A stretch of 64,000 nt of DNA from Octopus bimaculoides (GCF_001194135.2 NC_068985.1:60481237-60545236), one strand, 5' to 3'; shown: positions 50,216-63,520, counted from the stretch's first letter. Notes: generated by a model from the letters alone, not told the origin. A program made the numbers and translations.

Positions 50216-50484
50216 TTGTATGTGTATGTATACTTATATATATGCATATATTGCACAGGAGCCATCCGAACTCCTGTTTTTGCCATGAACAGAGATTAAT
50301 CTTCTCTCTTTGCTCTTTTATGCCACATGGGCTCAACTCTCCTCCCCTCTTCATCTAACCCTCCTCCCCTCTCTTCTCTCCCTCTCACACCTTCCACCCA
50401 CCCACCTCTCCTCTCTTGTGCCGACTCCTACTTCTCTTCACTCCTACTCTCCTTCTCTCTTCTCTTCATTCCTACTCACCTTCT

Positions 50485-50537
50485 CTCTTCCCCCTCCCTA
50501 CATCGTCACCCCTCCCTACATCGTCACCCCTCCCTAC
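50485..50537. repeat. 18-bp tandem repeat running into an assembly gap
   Basis: ccctccctacatcgtcac repeated about 3 times up to the N-run at 50538. Confidence 0.9.
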
Positions 50538-51360
50538 NNNNNNNNNNNNNNNNNNNNNNNNNNNNNNNNNNNNNNNNNNNNNNNNNNNNNNNNNNNNNNN
50601 NNNNNNNNNNNNNNNNNNNNNNNNNNNNNNNNNNNNNNNNNNNNNNNNNNNNNNNNNNNNNNNNNNNNNNNNNNNNNNNNNNNNNNNNNNNNNNNNNNNN
50701 NNNNNNNNNNNNNNNNNNNNNNNNNNNNNNNNNNNNNNNNNNNNNNNNNNNNNNNNNNNNNNNNNNNNNNNNNNNNNNNNNNNNNNNNNNNNNNNNNNNN
50801 NNNNNNNNNNNNNNNNNNNNNNNNNNNNNNNNNNNNNNNNNNNNNNNNNNNNNNNNNNNNNNNNNNNNNNNNNNNNNNNNNNNNNNNNNNNNNNNNNNNN
50901 NNNNNNNNNNNNNNNNNNNNNNNNNNNNNNNNNNNNNNNNNNNNNNNNNNNNNNNNNNNNNNNNNNNNNNNNNNNNNNNNNNNNNNNNNNNNNNNNNNNN
51001 NNNNNNNNNNNNNNNNNNNNNNNNNNNNNNNNNNNNNNNNNNNNNNNNNNNNNNNNNNNNNNNNNNNNNNNNNNNNNNNNNNNNNNNNNNNNNNNNNNNN
51101 NNNNNNNNNNNNNNNNNNNNNNNNNNNNNNNNNNNNNNNNNNNNNNNNNNNNNNNNNNNNNNNNNNNNNNNNNNNNNNNNNNNNNNNNNNNNNNNNNNNN
51201 NNNNNNNNNNNNNNNNNNNNNNNNNNNNNNNNNNNNNNNNNNNNNNNNNNNNNNNNNNNNNNNNNNNNNNNNNNNNNNNNNNNNNNNNNNNNNNNNNNNN
51301 NNNNNNNNNNNNNNNNNNNNNNNNNNNNNNNNNNNNNNNNNNNNNNNNNNNNNNNNNNNN

Positions 51361-51402
<42 letters not shown>

Positions 51403-51739
51403 CATGTAGGTATGTATACATGTGTACACTTGTATGTTTTTGTGTTTTGTGCATGAATGTATTTTATGTTTTTGTCCACATGTGTATATACAAGTATATG
51501 TAGGTGTGTATGTATACTTGTTTTTTCTGTATTCTGTAATTCTTATTCCCTATAACAGCCTCTAGTTTGTGTTCATACCACTTCTCTATTAGTTCAAACC
51601 CACACACTTGGTTAACATCCCCATGTGCTCTTTTACCTACACAGTCATACTTGCTTATTGTGTTCTCTCAAAAAATGGTTAGTCTTGTTATATGGAAAGT
51701 GTCAGCTGTCCACGGCCAGCAGACTAAGATAACACTTGT

Positions 51740-52255
51740 TTACTGATCATACTTCAAGAACCCTGTGGAGAATTCTTGCAGTTCCAAGCAATGATTACTT
51801 CTGTAGCTATTCTATCTTTACATTTGCACCAATCTTTTAGAGCCATGTTGGAATTGAGTGCTGATACTTCGAAGTGCACCAATTACTACAGGTATTATGT
51901 CTACTCTCTTCATTGCCCACAACCTCTATATTTCCCTCTTCAAATCATCATAGATATTCAGTTTTTCTTCTTTCTCTTTGACCCTGTTGTCACCAGGACA
52001 TGCTATGTCAATTATCATGCAAGGTTTTTCTTTTTTGTTCACCACAACAATGTCAGGTTTCCAATGTCTAATCTGATGGTCACACTAAATCATTGCATCT
52101 CACAGGATTTTGCAGTCTTTGTTCTCACTAACTCCTGGGATTTTCTCATACCATGTCTTTGCTCTTTGAGGGCCATGATTTCCACAGAGCTCCCAACGGA
52201 TCATTCTTGCCACATTGTCATGTTGTCTTATGAACTCCCAGTGGATCATTCTATC
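51740..52255 (-). mobile_element. R4/Dong-clade non-LTR retrotransposon 3' fragment (RHD motif plus restriction-like endonuclease)
   Basis: Minus peptides (with frameshifts) RQHDNVARMIRWELCG...WYEK...KILWD...KPDIVVVNKKEKPCMIIDIACPGD...YDDLKREI.RLW...IPVVIGAL give the RHD, PD-D and KxxxY RLE signature. Confidence 0.88.
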
Positions 52256-52264
52256 ATCATTCTT

Positions 52265-52295
<31 letters not shown>

Positions 52296-52634
52296 TAGCT
52301 TAGCATTCTGTTCAACTTTGCTTTTCGTCCTTTTGGGGTTGATGAAATACATACCAGTTGAGTACTGGCGTTGATGTAATCCTCCTTGAAACTTTGTGTC
52401 AAAATCTGAAACCATTATTATTATAGTTTATCTAAGGTGATGGGCTGGCAGAATCATTAGCACAAAATGCTTAGTGGTGTTTCATTTGTGTTTGTGTTCT
52501 GAGTTCAACTTTGCCTTTCATCTTCTCAGGGTCAATAAAATAGGTATCAGTGGAGCACTGGGGTTGATATAATCAACTATGCACACACAAAAAAAAAAAA
52601 AAATTCAGGTCTTGTGCCTATAGTAGAAAGATTA

Positions 52635-52811
52635 TAAATGCAGACATGGCTGTGTGATAAAAAGTTTGCTTCCCAACCACATGGTTCTGAGTTCAGTTGC
52701 AGTAGGTGGCACCCTAGGCACATCTTCTACTATAGCCTTGGATCAACTAAAGTCTTGTGAGTGAATTTAGTACATAAAAACTGAAAGAAACCTGTTGTAT
52801 GTGTGTGTGTG

Positions 52812-52847
<36 letters not shown>

Positions 52848-53230
52848 ATGATGATGATATAGTGAGAATTTACAAAAAAACAAAAGACGAAGACAGGTGT
52901 GTAAACAACAAACATATGTATTAGTTTAATGCTCGGGAAGTGAGAAAGTCTTTTACATTTCAAGCCTACACTCTTTGAAAGAAAGGAACACAGAAATAAA
53001 CAGGGAGAGAAAATAAAAAGAGTGTGTATTTGCATTTATCCCCAACCACTGCTTGACAATCAGTGTTGGTTTGTTTATGTCCCCATAACTTAGTGGTTCA
53101 GCAAACAGATAGAATGAGTAGCAGCCTTTAAAAAAAAGAGTAAGTTCTGAGGTCAATTTGTATGGCTAAACCCTTCAAGGCAGTGCCCCAGCATGGCCAC
53201 AGTTGAATGACTGAAACATGTAAAAGATAA
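52635..53230 (+). mobile_element. SINE A head, long microsatellite/insert spacer, CR1-type tail
   Basis: Head 52640-52800; tail 53030-53230 ending catggccacagttgaatgactgaaacatgtaaaagataaaag. Confidence 0.8.
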
Positions 53231-54294
53231 AAGATCATTCCTTTAATATCAACAAAGTTTATTATTTCCACCAACTTAAGCACTCTGCTACAGATTTTCT
53301 GGAGAAAGGGAGCAGTTGATTAAGATAGATACTTAGCACTTAATAACATTCTTAGTTAAGTTCTTGATTTTTTTTTTTCCAATTGTTTTTCTTATTTATT
53401 TAGAAACAGTCCATAGAGTTTGATTTTTTGTTTTTCTTCCATTATTTTATAAATTAGATAAAAACTTCTTGGAATGTTTCTTGAAGAAATAGTTCTGAAG
53501 AGATTACAATACAGAAATCACTCACACAAAGGAATCACTGATACTTATCTTCTGTCCCATCATGCAACATTGATTTTTTTGTTGTTGTTGTTGTTTAGAG
53601 ACTTAACTGGTGATTGAAGGAGTTGAAGTTTTTTTTATTTAATATTCCAGGATAATTGAAAAGATTAATAATTAATAATTGTTTAGTATCAACAAAGATA
53701 TCGTGTAATGTACTGGAGATAGTGTGGTGGTGGTTATTTAATGGTGTAAAGTTTGTTATATCTACAGTTGTTTCATGTTTTGTCTTATTTCTTGTATCTT
53801 TTAAATATTTGAACATCCATTGGAACTTGTTTTTTTTTTTTGTTTGTTAACATTATCTTTAATGAAAAACAGATTTGAAATGAACTGAGAGAATGGTGAA
53901 GTTGTACATAAATGTGAACTGTATGTAAGAGAGATATCTGTGTTGGTATAGACGTGTTATGTTATAAGAGTGAACAAATGTCAGCTGTTTGGTAAAATCT
54001 TGTGTACAGACGATGACAGATACTTGAGTGAAAGAAAGATGAAAGACATGTGAACACAAAGAGGTCAAACCTAAGAAATTCGGATTCTCACAGAGAAGGA
54101 TCAATGGAGAAGTATGATGCTGTTTGTCAGTGTTGGTAAAAAAATGATGTTAAAATAATAATGATGATAGGATGAAAATGATGTTGATCTGAAAATAAAA
54201 GACAGCACCTGTAACTCTTACTCTTTGAAAAGATAATCCTAAAGTTTTAAGTGTTTTATTTATTGCTTCTTTATTCCAAGCAAGAGTTTTTTTT

Positions 54295-55550
54295 CCTTTT
54301 TCTGTAGTTTCAGCCTAGAGCTGTGGCCATGTTGATGCACTGCCGTTTTCCTACACGGTTATTACTGAGAGCCTCCTCCAATATGTGGCACTTGGTGAAC
54401 AATGGAGTTTGATGTAGCAACCCTCATTTGCACCTCTTGCTGTGAGGTAGGTTCATCTGGGACTCTCAACAGGAAGAGGTCCAGCTTTGATTTAAAAACG
54501 CCTACATCTACTTTGTGCAGGTTCCTCAGGCTCTTTGGGAGAATATTAAAAAGCTGTGGGCCCCTGAAACCCAGGCTGTTGTAGTAACTGATGCTGAAGT
54601 GCGATGGCATTGCTGGGATCTTCGGCACTATGCAGTGTCGTCCCATTCTGGCATTGGTGTAGTTTTCAATGGAAAATTTGGCACAATTCCTTCCAGATGT
54701 ATATTACTGCATACCTCTCCCGCCTGCTCTACAGGGAGTAGAGTCTTAGCTGTTTCAGCCTTTCCCAGTAGCTGAGCAGTTGCAAAGAGACAATCTTCTT
54801 TGTGAATCTTCTCTGGATTGTTTCAAGGTGCGCTGTTAATTTCACACTGGTGTGTGACCATAGCTGTGAGCAATAATCCAGGTGGCTGAGGACGAATGTC
54901 CTCCAGAGGACCATCATGGTTTCCTTATCACTGGTTCTGAATGTTCTCAAGATCCATCCAGCCAGTCATCTGCACTTTGTCGCCATCCTGGTGATGTGCA
55001 CTTAGAAAGAGGTATCATCACTCATGTCGATACCAAGGTCCCTCACTGAATTAGGCTCTGTGACTGAAATTCCCTGTGGACCACTGTACCCTGTAAGTTT
55101 CATATTCAGTTTTGGGCGCTGGTAGCGCAGGGTTTGGAATTTTTCAGCATTAAACTGCATATTGTTATCCTCAGCCCATCTGTAAATTGAGTCCAACTTC
55201 TGCTGCAAATGTGCAACATCACTGGGGTTCTGTATTTTCTGCAAGACTTTCATATTGTCTGTGTAGCTTGCAATCGTAGCTATCCGGGCACTTGAGGGCA
55301 TATCTGAGAGGGCCACTATAAAAAGCAGTGGTCCCAAGACAGTGCCCTGTGGAACACCACTTACTATTTGTGTTTTGATAGAGGTGACTCCACTAGCTAC
55401 TACTGCCTGACTTCTATCTTTCAGAAAGTCATGTAACCACTCTCCAAGTTTTCCAGTTATGCCAAGATCACACAGTTTGTGGCATATCATACCATGATCC
55501 AATTTGTCAAAAACTTTTGCAAAATCAAGGTGTTTTATGTCCACATTTCA
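54295..55550 (-). mobile_element. 5'-truncated CR1-like LINE (RT domain, C-terminus, 3' end)
   Basis: LDFAKVFDKLDH...SGVPQGTVLGPLLF...ASYTDNMK (degenerate YADD)...RDLGI; LSHLDYCSQLWS...IQRRFTK...YWERLKQLRLYSL; GPQLFNILPKSLRN...FKSKLDLFL. Contains stops, frameshifts and a deletion. Confidence 0.95.
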
Positions 55551-57134
55551 GTTGTTGAGTAACTGCCTCAACACCCAGTTATTTATTCGTCCTTAGTCGA
55601 AAGACATCTGTTGTTATGTCCTGTTATTATTCCTACTGTATTTGTGATACATTGTTCATTTTTTCCATCCTTGTTTTTGTATACATATATATATATCATC
55701 ATCATCATCGTCGTCGTCTAATGTCTGCTTTCCATGCTAGCATGGAAATAAGTCCTGTGGTTGATTTCTTTGACTAAAACCCCCTTCAGGCACTATTCCA
55801 GCATGACTGCAGTCAAATGACTGAAAGAAGTAAAAGAATAAAAGAATATTTCTATATTTATTCATATATGTCTTTGGGTCTGTGTTTGTCCCCACCATCA
55901 CTTGACAACCAATGTTTCGTCCCCATAACTTAGAAGTTCGGCAAAGGAGCCCAATAGAATAGTACTAGGCTTACAAAGATAAGTTCCTGAGGTTAATTTC
56001 TTCAACTAAAAAAACCATCATGGCCACAGTCAAATGACTGAAACGAGTAAGAGAATAATAATTGAACCCAGTTTCTCCTGGTGTGCAGGAGCAAGACTGT
56101 ATCACGGGAATGTTGGTAGGTGTTTGTGAGTGACTCTCTTCCGAAAGCGATTCCATGGTATGCTAATTAACCCATAACTTGGAGCCTGGCAGGTTCTGTT
56201 ACTCTGGGTCAGAGTAGACCTGGGAGCAGTAGTGGCTAAGAGGTGCTTTCACACTCCTCAAAACACTGGAACCCCCAAACCATTGCCCTTTTATGAGATC
56301 CAGTTTGAAGCTATACCTAGGGCATGCATTGTTATTAATATTTTAATTTTCATCATCACTACAAGCACCTCTGCCATCATTAATTGCCTGGAAAGAAGAC
56401 CCTGGACAGTTGGTTAGTCTGCTGGAAATAGCAATCAAATCCCCCTCAAACTTCATTGTTTGAGAGAGTTGGTTGCACTTTCTTAAAAACAACTGAATAT
56501 ATTAGTGCTGAATATAAGAGTTAAGACCGATGGTCATGTTTGACAGACAATAAAGATTGTATCAGACTTGGTCGTTTGGCTGTTGAGCTATGTGACATGC
56601 ATCTGTTCAAGCAAAGTTGATCCAGAAGGAATCTGTACAACAATAGTAACAACAACAATAATAACAGCTGTCTTCATCATTTCATTTTTACAACTGTTAT
56701 CATCAACATCATTTTAATATCTGTCATAATAGCAAAGATTGAACCCCCCCCCACACACACACACACAAGCACATTCTACTAGCACTACTTCAAGCAAGTG
56801 TCTTCTACCATAATCTTAGATTAACCAGTGGAATTTGGTAGATGGGAACCATGCAGAGATCAGATCTGTGTGTATGTGTATCTATGTCAATGTGTATCTA
56901 TGTCAATGTCTGTATTTATAAAGCATTCAGTGTCATTTCACACCCACCTATCACCAGTCCTATTAGACTTCTGTAGAGTTGTTGTGTTGTTGAAATTCCA
57001 AGATGTTCCAGCTATGACCATCTTCTCTTTCTATGTTTCCCAGATATAGTTTTTATCCAGATCTACTTTATACTGTCTTCTGGTTTTTTTTTTTTTACCT
57101 GAGACAGTTGATTTACATGTGAAGGAAACTTGAC

Positions 57135-57570
57135 TGCTGTTTATGTGATTAAGAAGTTTGCTTTGTAATGACATGGTTTTGAGTTCAGATCCTCTGTACA
57201 TTATCTTCAACAAGTATCTACTACTATATAGCCCACAGCTGACCAAAGCATTTTTGTGGATTTGATTGATGGAAACTGAAAGAAGTCTCTCATGTATGTG
57301 TGTGTGTGTGTATGTGTGTTTGTGCTTCCTTGTCTTTACATCCTGCATTAATTGTAAAGAAATGTCACCATCATATAACAAACAAGCAGTGTAATTTATT
57401 TACTAGTTTCTGTGAAAACATATTTAGCCATGGTGATGTTCATGTTTAAAGACTAAGGGAAATATTATCTTGTCTGGAAATAGGTGAGGGTTGGTGACAG
57501 AAAGAGCATCTGGTCACTGAAATATCTGCCTCAATGAATTTCGTTTAGCCCATGCAAGCATAGAAAAGTG
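57135..57570 (+). mobile_element. SINE A head plus RTE-type tail
   Basis: Head to 57290, (TG)n, tail ending cccatgcaagcatagaaaagtg, immediately followed by SINE E. Confidence 0.8.
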
Positions 57571-59269
57571 AGTATGTGTCAGACTCATAATCATGAGGTA
57601 GTAGGCTCAGTTTCCAGATCCAACTGTGTGTTGTGTTCTTGAGCAAGACACTTTATTCCACATTGCACCAGTTCACTCAGCTATACAAATGAGTTGCAAC
57701 GGTACCAAGCTGTATTGGCCTTTGCCTTTCCCTTGCATAACATTGGTGGCATGCAGTGGGAAGGCTGGTATGCATGGGCGATTGCTGGTCTTCCATGAAC
57801 AACCTTACCCGGACTGGTGCCTTGGAGAGGGGGGTCTTTACTCTTTTTACTACAGTAAATAAAGGAATTCTTGAATGCAGGATGGCTGTGAAGACTACCT
57901 AGAAGATTTTGTAAATACCCTTAGAAAATAGAAAAAGTGGCCAGCAAGTCTTCACAGGGTATCGAATCCTGCACCTCACAAATTCCAGCTGAGCACTCTG
58001 TACCATTAAGTCAAGAGACCTCCTGACAATAAATACTGTCTTATACACACACACATACACACACACACACACATACGCACACACATACGCACACACAAAA
58101 GAGTCTCCATACACTGAATATTTACATATCACTAGTGATCTTCAGGTGAGAGATCAGATTTATGTGAAATTCAATTTAGGAGATAAAAACTGTTTAAATA
58201 AGCCACACACTTTACATATATTGAGTACTCCCTTCTTCATTTCTTCAACATACATCAGCATTCACAGTAAGAGTATATGCATGCATACTCATGTGCACAT
58301 GTACACACACACACTCATTTTACTTGAATCTAATCTCAACTTGTTTTATTAGTGAAAAACAAAAAAGAATAAAGGATATTGTTGTTTGTGGTAATGATGA
58401 TGATGGGTTGACAGCAGCTTTTAGAAGTGGCTTTCCGTGTTATGACGCCATTACTGCTGATGATTACAATGGTGTTTTATATATATATATATATCTGCAC
58501 ACACACATATACACACATGTACCTATCAATCAATCAATCTATTTATCTAAGCCTCATTGTGCAGTAGAGCAACTAAGTTTAAAAAAGCTACTTGCTTGGA
58601 AACAAAGGAGTGAAAACACAAGGAAAACCAAAGTAACAGATGAAAAATAGTCTATACTTTTATCTTAAAAACACATACACACATTATTCTCTAATACTTC
58701 AAAAGAAAGAGTATTTAATGTAAGGGAGGCATGGACAAGTTGCAAAATCAAATTTTTTCCTCATCCCTCCACAATTCACTGAGATTTGCTGATAATGAAA
58801 GTAAAACTAGATTTGTTTTCTCTGCAAGAAGCCATCCATTAGCTAAATCAAATACACAGACCAACTATTGACCGCACATTATAATAGTGTTGTATCCATT
58901 TACGGATTGGTGACTGGTGGTAGTTATGGTAGTGATAGTGATGGTCAGTGTAATGTTGATGGTGCTGTAACCCCAGGTAGGTAGTCGGTCAATAATCATG
59001 GTACATAAAACTGTAGCATTTAGTAATGAATGTCATGGGGTACAATGTGATAGTCTGGACGTGTGCTCCTCCACCATCCAACACATTTCTATATGGCCAT
59101 ACATTCTAGTGGTAGTTACAATGAAAATGGTCAAGGTGGTCTTGATCAGAATGTGACAGTTACAGTTCTACTGCAGTTATTATTGGTTGTGTACATTTCA
59201 ACACAGTATTTAGGTCCTAGAGTGGTTATTGAAATTGCAATTATTTCTTTATAAGTGTGTGTGTTTCTT

Positions 59270-60130
59270 AAGGTTGTCTGGGCTTTGTGGGAGACAATGT
59301 TGTAATGTTCTGTTGTGTTTTGAGGAGGGAGTGGGGGCTAGGAGGCGGGAGAGGTAGCTTGCTGTGACAACAAACTGTCTCTCTCTCACATATCCAAGAG
59401 GTCTTCTCTATTAGTATTTTTGTTTTGTTGTGTAAATCTTTTGTGTACACCTTGTGACGGTGTAGTCGTCCCCGCACTGTTCTGTGTTATTCTTTATTGT
59501 TTGTTGTTGTTGTGAGAGATTAGGGTCCAGGCTGGATTTACATAATCCATCATGGATGACCTAATGTATTGTTTGCACATGGTTCGTTTCATTGTTTCTC
59601 TTTGTTGAAACAATGTAGAATACTGTTGCTCTTTCAGTTTTTCTCTGTGGATTTGTGCAGAAATGTGCATTTTGTGGAAAATGTTGTCTTTCTTTGCAAA
59701 GTATGTGTGCATCCTTGCAAATAACCATCACTCAAATTTCTTTATGTTGAAAATCTTGTGTGCACATTCTTTTCTTCTTTTCCTGGTTGTAAAACATGCT
59801 TGCACCCACACACTCAAGTGCACAGCTTGAGGGACCACAACTGTGTATATAATGGTTCTATGTATATTCATTGCAGTATTTTGCTTTCTTTACTGTCTTC
59901 TGTGTGTTGTATTTGGTGTGAAGGTGTTGTATATAATTTCTAGTATTTTAGTCTTCAGTGTTTCTCTGTGTGTGTGTATGTGTTTTATGTTGTCAAGTGT
60001 GATGGTTGATCATATTTGTTATTTTCTATTTTTGGTAAAAAGGGTGACAAGGGATTTGCTAGATATTGCTACTACTACTTAATTCTTTTGTTGTGGAGCC
60101 AGGTACCCAGGTAAACACCTCATTCCTTAA
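59270..60130 (-). mobile_element. Highly decayed Penelope-like relic, second lineage
   Basis: Minus-strand fragments IPCHPFY, RNLSD, TMCKQYIRSS and ERETVCCHSKL loosely follow the P.V..Y / NL.D / C.KQY.G / E..WI..L order. Confidence 0.35.
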
Positions 60131-61289
60131 CTACAGAGGTTCTACTCCCACATACTTGTATTGATGTCACCTGTAGTGACATTGACCATAGGGGTGATGC
60201 TGTAATTGTATGGCTGAAGTGGAATTGACTTTAGTAGTATAAATTATAGTTGTATAGCTCATAGTAGTATGGATTCTAGTAGTTTAGTTTGTAATGGTAT
60301 AGGCTATACTGATGTAGGTTGTTGTGGTATAGATTATGGTAGCATACAATTGTATACACTGTTGTTGTACAGGACAGTCGTGGTTTAGGGTGTAGTGGAA
60401 TAAGCTGTAGTTGATCATTGGTATAAAAATTATGGTGGCTGCTACAGTAAACTGTCACAATATAGCTCTTAACACCCACATGTATAAGACACATTATAAC
60501 ATGCATAAGACACATTATAACATGTATAAGACATATTAATAAATTGTATTTATGTGAAAATATATTATTATATTTAATGGATTTTTAAAAATGTTATAAC
60601 TGCATGAATATTATGAATGTTGGTAGCTTCAATATACAACCCTGGTTAACATAGTTGAGGACAACAGGATAAGAGTATCTCTATGAGGTAGATCGATACA
60701 AGATATAACAACTACAAATCTGCCTTAAATCACTTACTATTGTAAATAAATACAGCATACATTGGAAAATGTGGTAGTCCCTTTATATATAATGTATAAT
60801 GTGGTCACAATTGGAATAGGTTTGACCAGAAGCCTTTTTGATCAGGGCTGATCTGGGATTATACTACAATAACAACATGAAGAACTTCACTTCGGTTTCA
60901 ATTGAGTTTTGGCAGAAGACATGAAATATTAGAACATGACTAAAGTGTTAAAAGTTAAAAGTTGCCAACACTACCAATATTACTGTCTTATGTAGATCTG
61001 GCAGAATGTAGAAAGATGAAAGTGGTTGGCTTTCGAAGATAAGGAATTATCTGTTATTTAAAGAGTGAAGTTTGTGATGAGGTATCAGTTTTGGAACCAA
61101 TTCAAGATCAATATTTAGCAATATCTAAAATTGCCCCTACATTATGTATAATCTTGTACACATGTTTTTTAATAACATCACCGCCACAACTTATTTCTTG
61201 ATAAATTGGTATGTTGTTCTAATGATGTTGACAGGGTATAGATCTGTACCTGATGGCACAAGGAGTGATAGTGATTTCAGAGCTAACTC

Positions 61290-61750
61290 TATGTGTGTAT
61301 GTATGTATATATATATATATATATATATGTATAGATATGTGTGCTTATGTATATATGTATGTATATGTCATATATGTATGTGTATATGTTATATATATAT
61401 GTATAAATATGTGTGTATATACGTATATATATGTATAAATATGTGTGTATGTATATGAATGTGTGTGTGTGTGTGTGTATATGTATGTATGTATGTGTGT
61501 ATGTATACATGTATGTATAGATATGTGATATGTGTATTTATATGCATATATATATATATAAATGTGTATGTATAGATATATATATGTATATATATGTATA
61601 GATATATGTGCGTATGCATAGATATGTGTATATATATATGTATAGATATGTGTGTGCATGCATGTATATATGTGTATGTGTATATAAATGTTTGTGTGTG
61701 TATATATGTGTGTATGTCTAGATAGATAAATAGATAGATAGATAGATATG
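61290..61750. repeat. Long (TA)/(TG)/(TATG) compound microsatellite
   Basis: Directly visible; a similar tract occupies 63520-64000. Confidence 0.95.
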
Positions 61751-62240
61751 TTTCAACCGAAGATTGGTCCAGGCCATGTCTATCAGCACCACCTGATAGG
61801 ATTATCTAAATCCTTTTTAAGTCAAGTTTTATGGTAACACGGTCCATTAGAGTAGGGAGTTCTTGTTGAGTGAGTTGTATCCAGGTATAGGTGGCTTATC
61901 TGGTATTCCTTAAAGAAATTTGTCCAGATTCCATTTAAAGGTAATGGGATCCTTTTCCTCTTTGTTTCAGGACAATGTTAAAAAGGGCAGGGCCTGCTGA
62001 GGAAAAGAAACTGTGTTGCAGTGTATTTATGTGTTGTGATCCTGAATTGGATAGGAGATGTGTGGCCCATGGTCCTAGCCTTGGATGAATTTTGAAGCTA
62101 ATGTTGAGGTCATTCGGGCAATGCTGGTGGTATATTCTCCACATCTTGCAAATGATGTATCGCTCACAGCTGCACTGGAGACAATAGAGTTTCAATGCTT
62201 CAAGGCACTCCCAGATCAGCCATGCCCTTAATTCTTTTAG
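61750..62240 (-). mobile_element. Decayed CR1-like LINE 3' fragment
   Basis: Minus peptide WECLEALKLYCLQCSCERYII.KMW...SAGPALFNIV parallels the YWERL..L.LYSL.RRRERY and GP.LFN motifs. Confidence 0.8.
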
Positions 62241-62481
62241 TGAATGGACATATGAGGTGATTCAATTTTCAAGATGTTTTGTTTTGTACAGGGAGACCAC
62301 AGAGGGCAGCAGTTTTCGAGGTGTGACCGTATAAAGGAGGAGAAAAGTGAAATGATGGCACCTTGTTTTTTGGACTGGAAGGTTCTAAGGATCTAGGAAC
62401 TCATTCTACGAGCTATATCGATCTTATTGGTGATGCTAGCACTCCAACTGAGATTAGATATATATGTATAGATATGTATAC

Positions 62482-62531
<50 letters not shown>

Positions 62532-63309
62532 NNNNNNNNNNNNNNNNNNNNNNNNNNNNNNNNNNNNNNNNNNNNNNNNNNNNNNNNNNNNNNNNNNNNN
62601 NNNNNNNNNNNNNNNNNNNNNNNNNNNNNNNNNNNNNNNNNNNNNNNNNNNNNNNNNNNNNNNNNNNNNNNNNNNNNNNNNNNNNNNNNNNNNNNNNNNN
62701 NNNNNNNNNNNNNNNNNNNNNNNNNNNNNNNNNNNNNNNNNNNNNNNNNNNNNNNNNNNNNNNNNNNNNNNNNNNNNNNNNNNNNNNNNNNNNNNNNNNN
62801 NNNNNNNNNNNNNNNNNNNNNNNNNNNNNNNNNNNNNNNNNNNNNNNNNNNNNNNNNNNNNNNNNNNNNNNNNNNNNNNNNNNNNNNNNNNNNNNNNNNN
62901 NNNNNNNNNNNNNNNNNNNNNNNNNNNNNNNNNNNNNNNNNNNNNNNNNNNNNNNNNNNNNNNNNNNNNNNNNNNNNNNNNNNNNNNNNNNNNNNNNNNN
63001 NNNNNNNNNNNNNNNNNNNNNNNNNNNNNNNNNNNNNNNNNNNNNNNNNNNNNNNNNNNNNNNNNNNNNNNNNNNNNNNNNNNNNNNNNNNNNNNNNNNN
63101 NNNNNNNNNNNNNNNNNNNNNNNNNNNNNNNNNNNNNNNNNNNNNNNNNNNNNNNNNNNNNNNNNNNNNNNNNNNNNNNNNNNNNNNNNNNNNNNNNNNN
63201 NNNNNNNNNNNNNNNNNNNNNNNNNNNNNNNNNNNNNNNNNNNNNNNNNNNNNNNNNNNNNNNNNNNNNNNNNNNNNTATATATATATATGTATGTGTGT
63301 GTGTATATG

Positions 63310-63520
63310 TTTGTGTGTCTGTGTTTGTCTCCCCCAACATCGCTTGACAACCGATGCTGGTGTGTTTACATCCCCGTAACTTAGCGGTTCGGCAAAAGAG
63401 GTCGATAGAATAAGTACTGGGCTTCGAAAGAATAAGTCCTAGGGTCCATTTGCTCGACCAAAGGCGGTGCTCCAGCATGGCCAGAGTCAAATGACTGAAA
63501 CAAGTAAAAGAGTAAAAGAG
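63310..63520 (+). mobile_element. CR1-type SINE tail, young copy with CpGs intact
   Basis: cgcttgacaaccgatgctgg...ttagcggttcggcaaaagagg...ggcggtgctccagcatggcc.gagtcaaatgactgaaacaagtaaaagagtaaaagag. Confidence 0.9.

Noticed and set aside
60997-61080. 84-nt splice-bounded segment (LAECRKMKVVGFRR*...)
   Set aside because: Contains stops in all frames; no further support.
16180-61659. Many YIYIYI / CVCVCV / HTHTHT / NNNN / LLLL ORFs
   Set aside because: Translations of di- and trinucleotide microsatellites.
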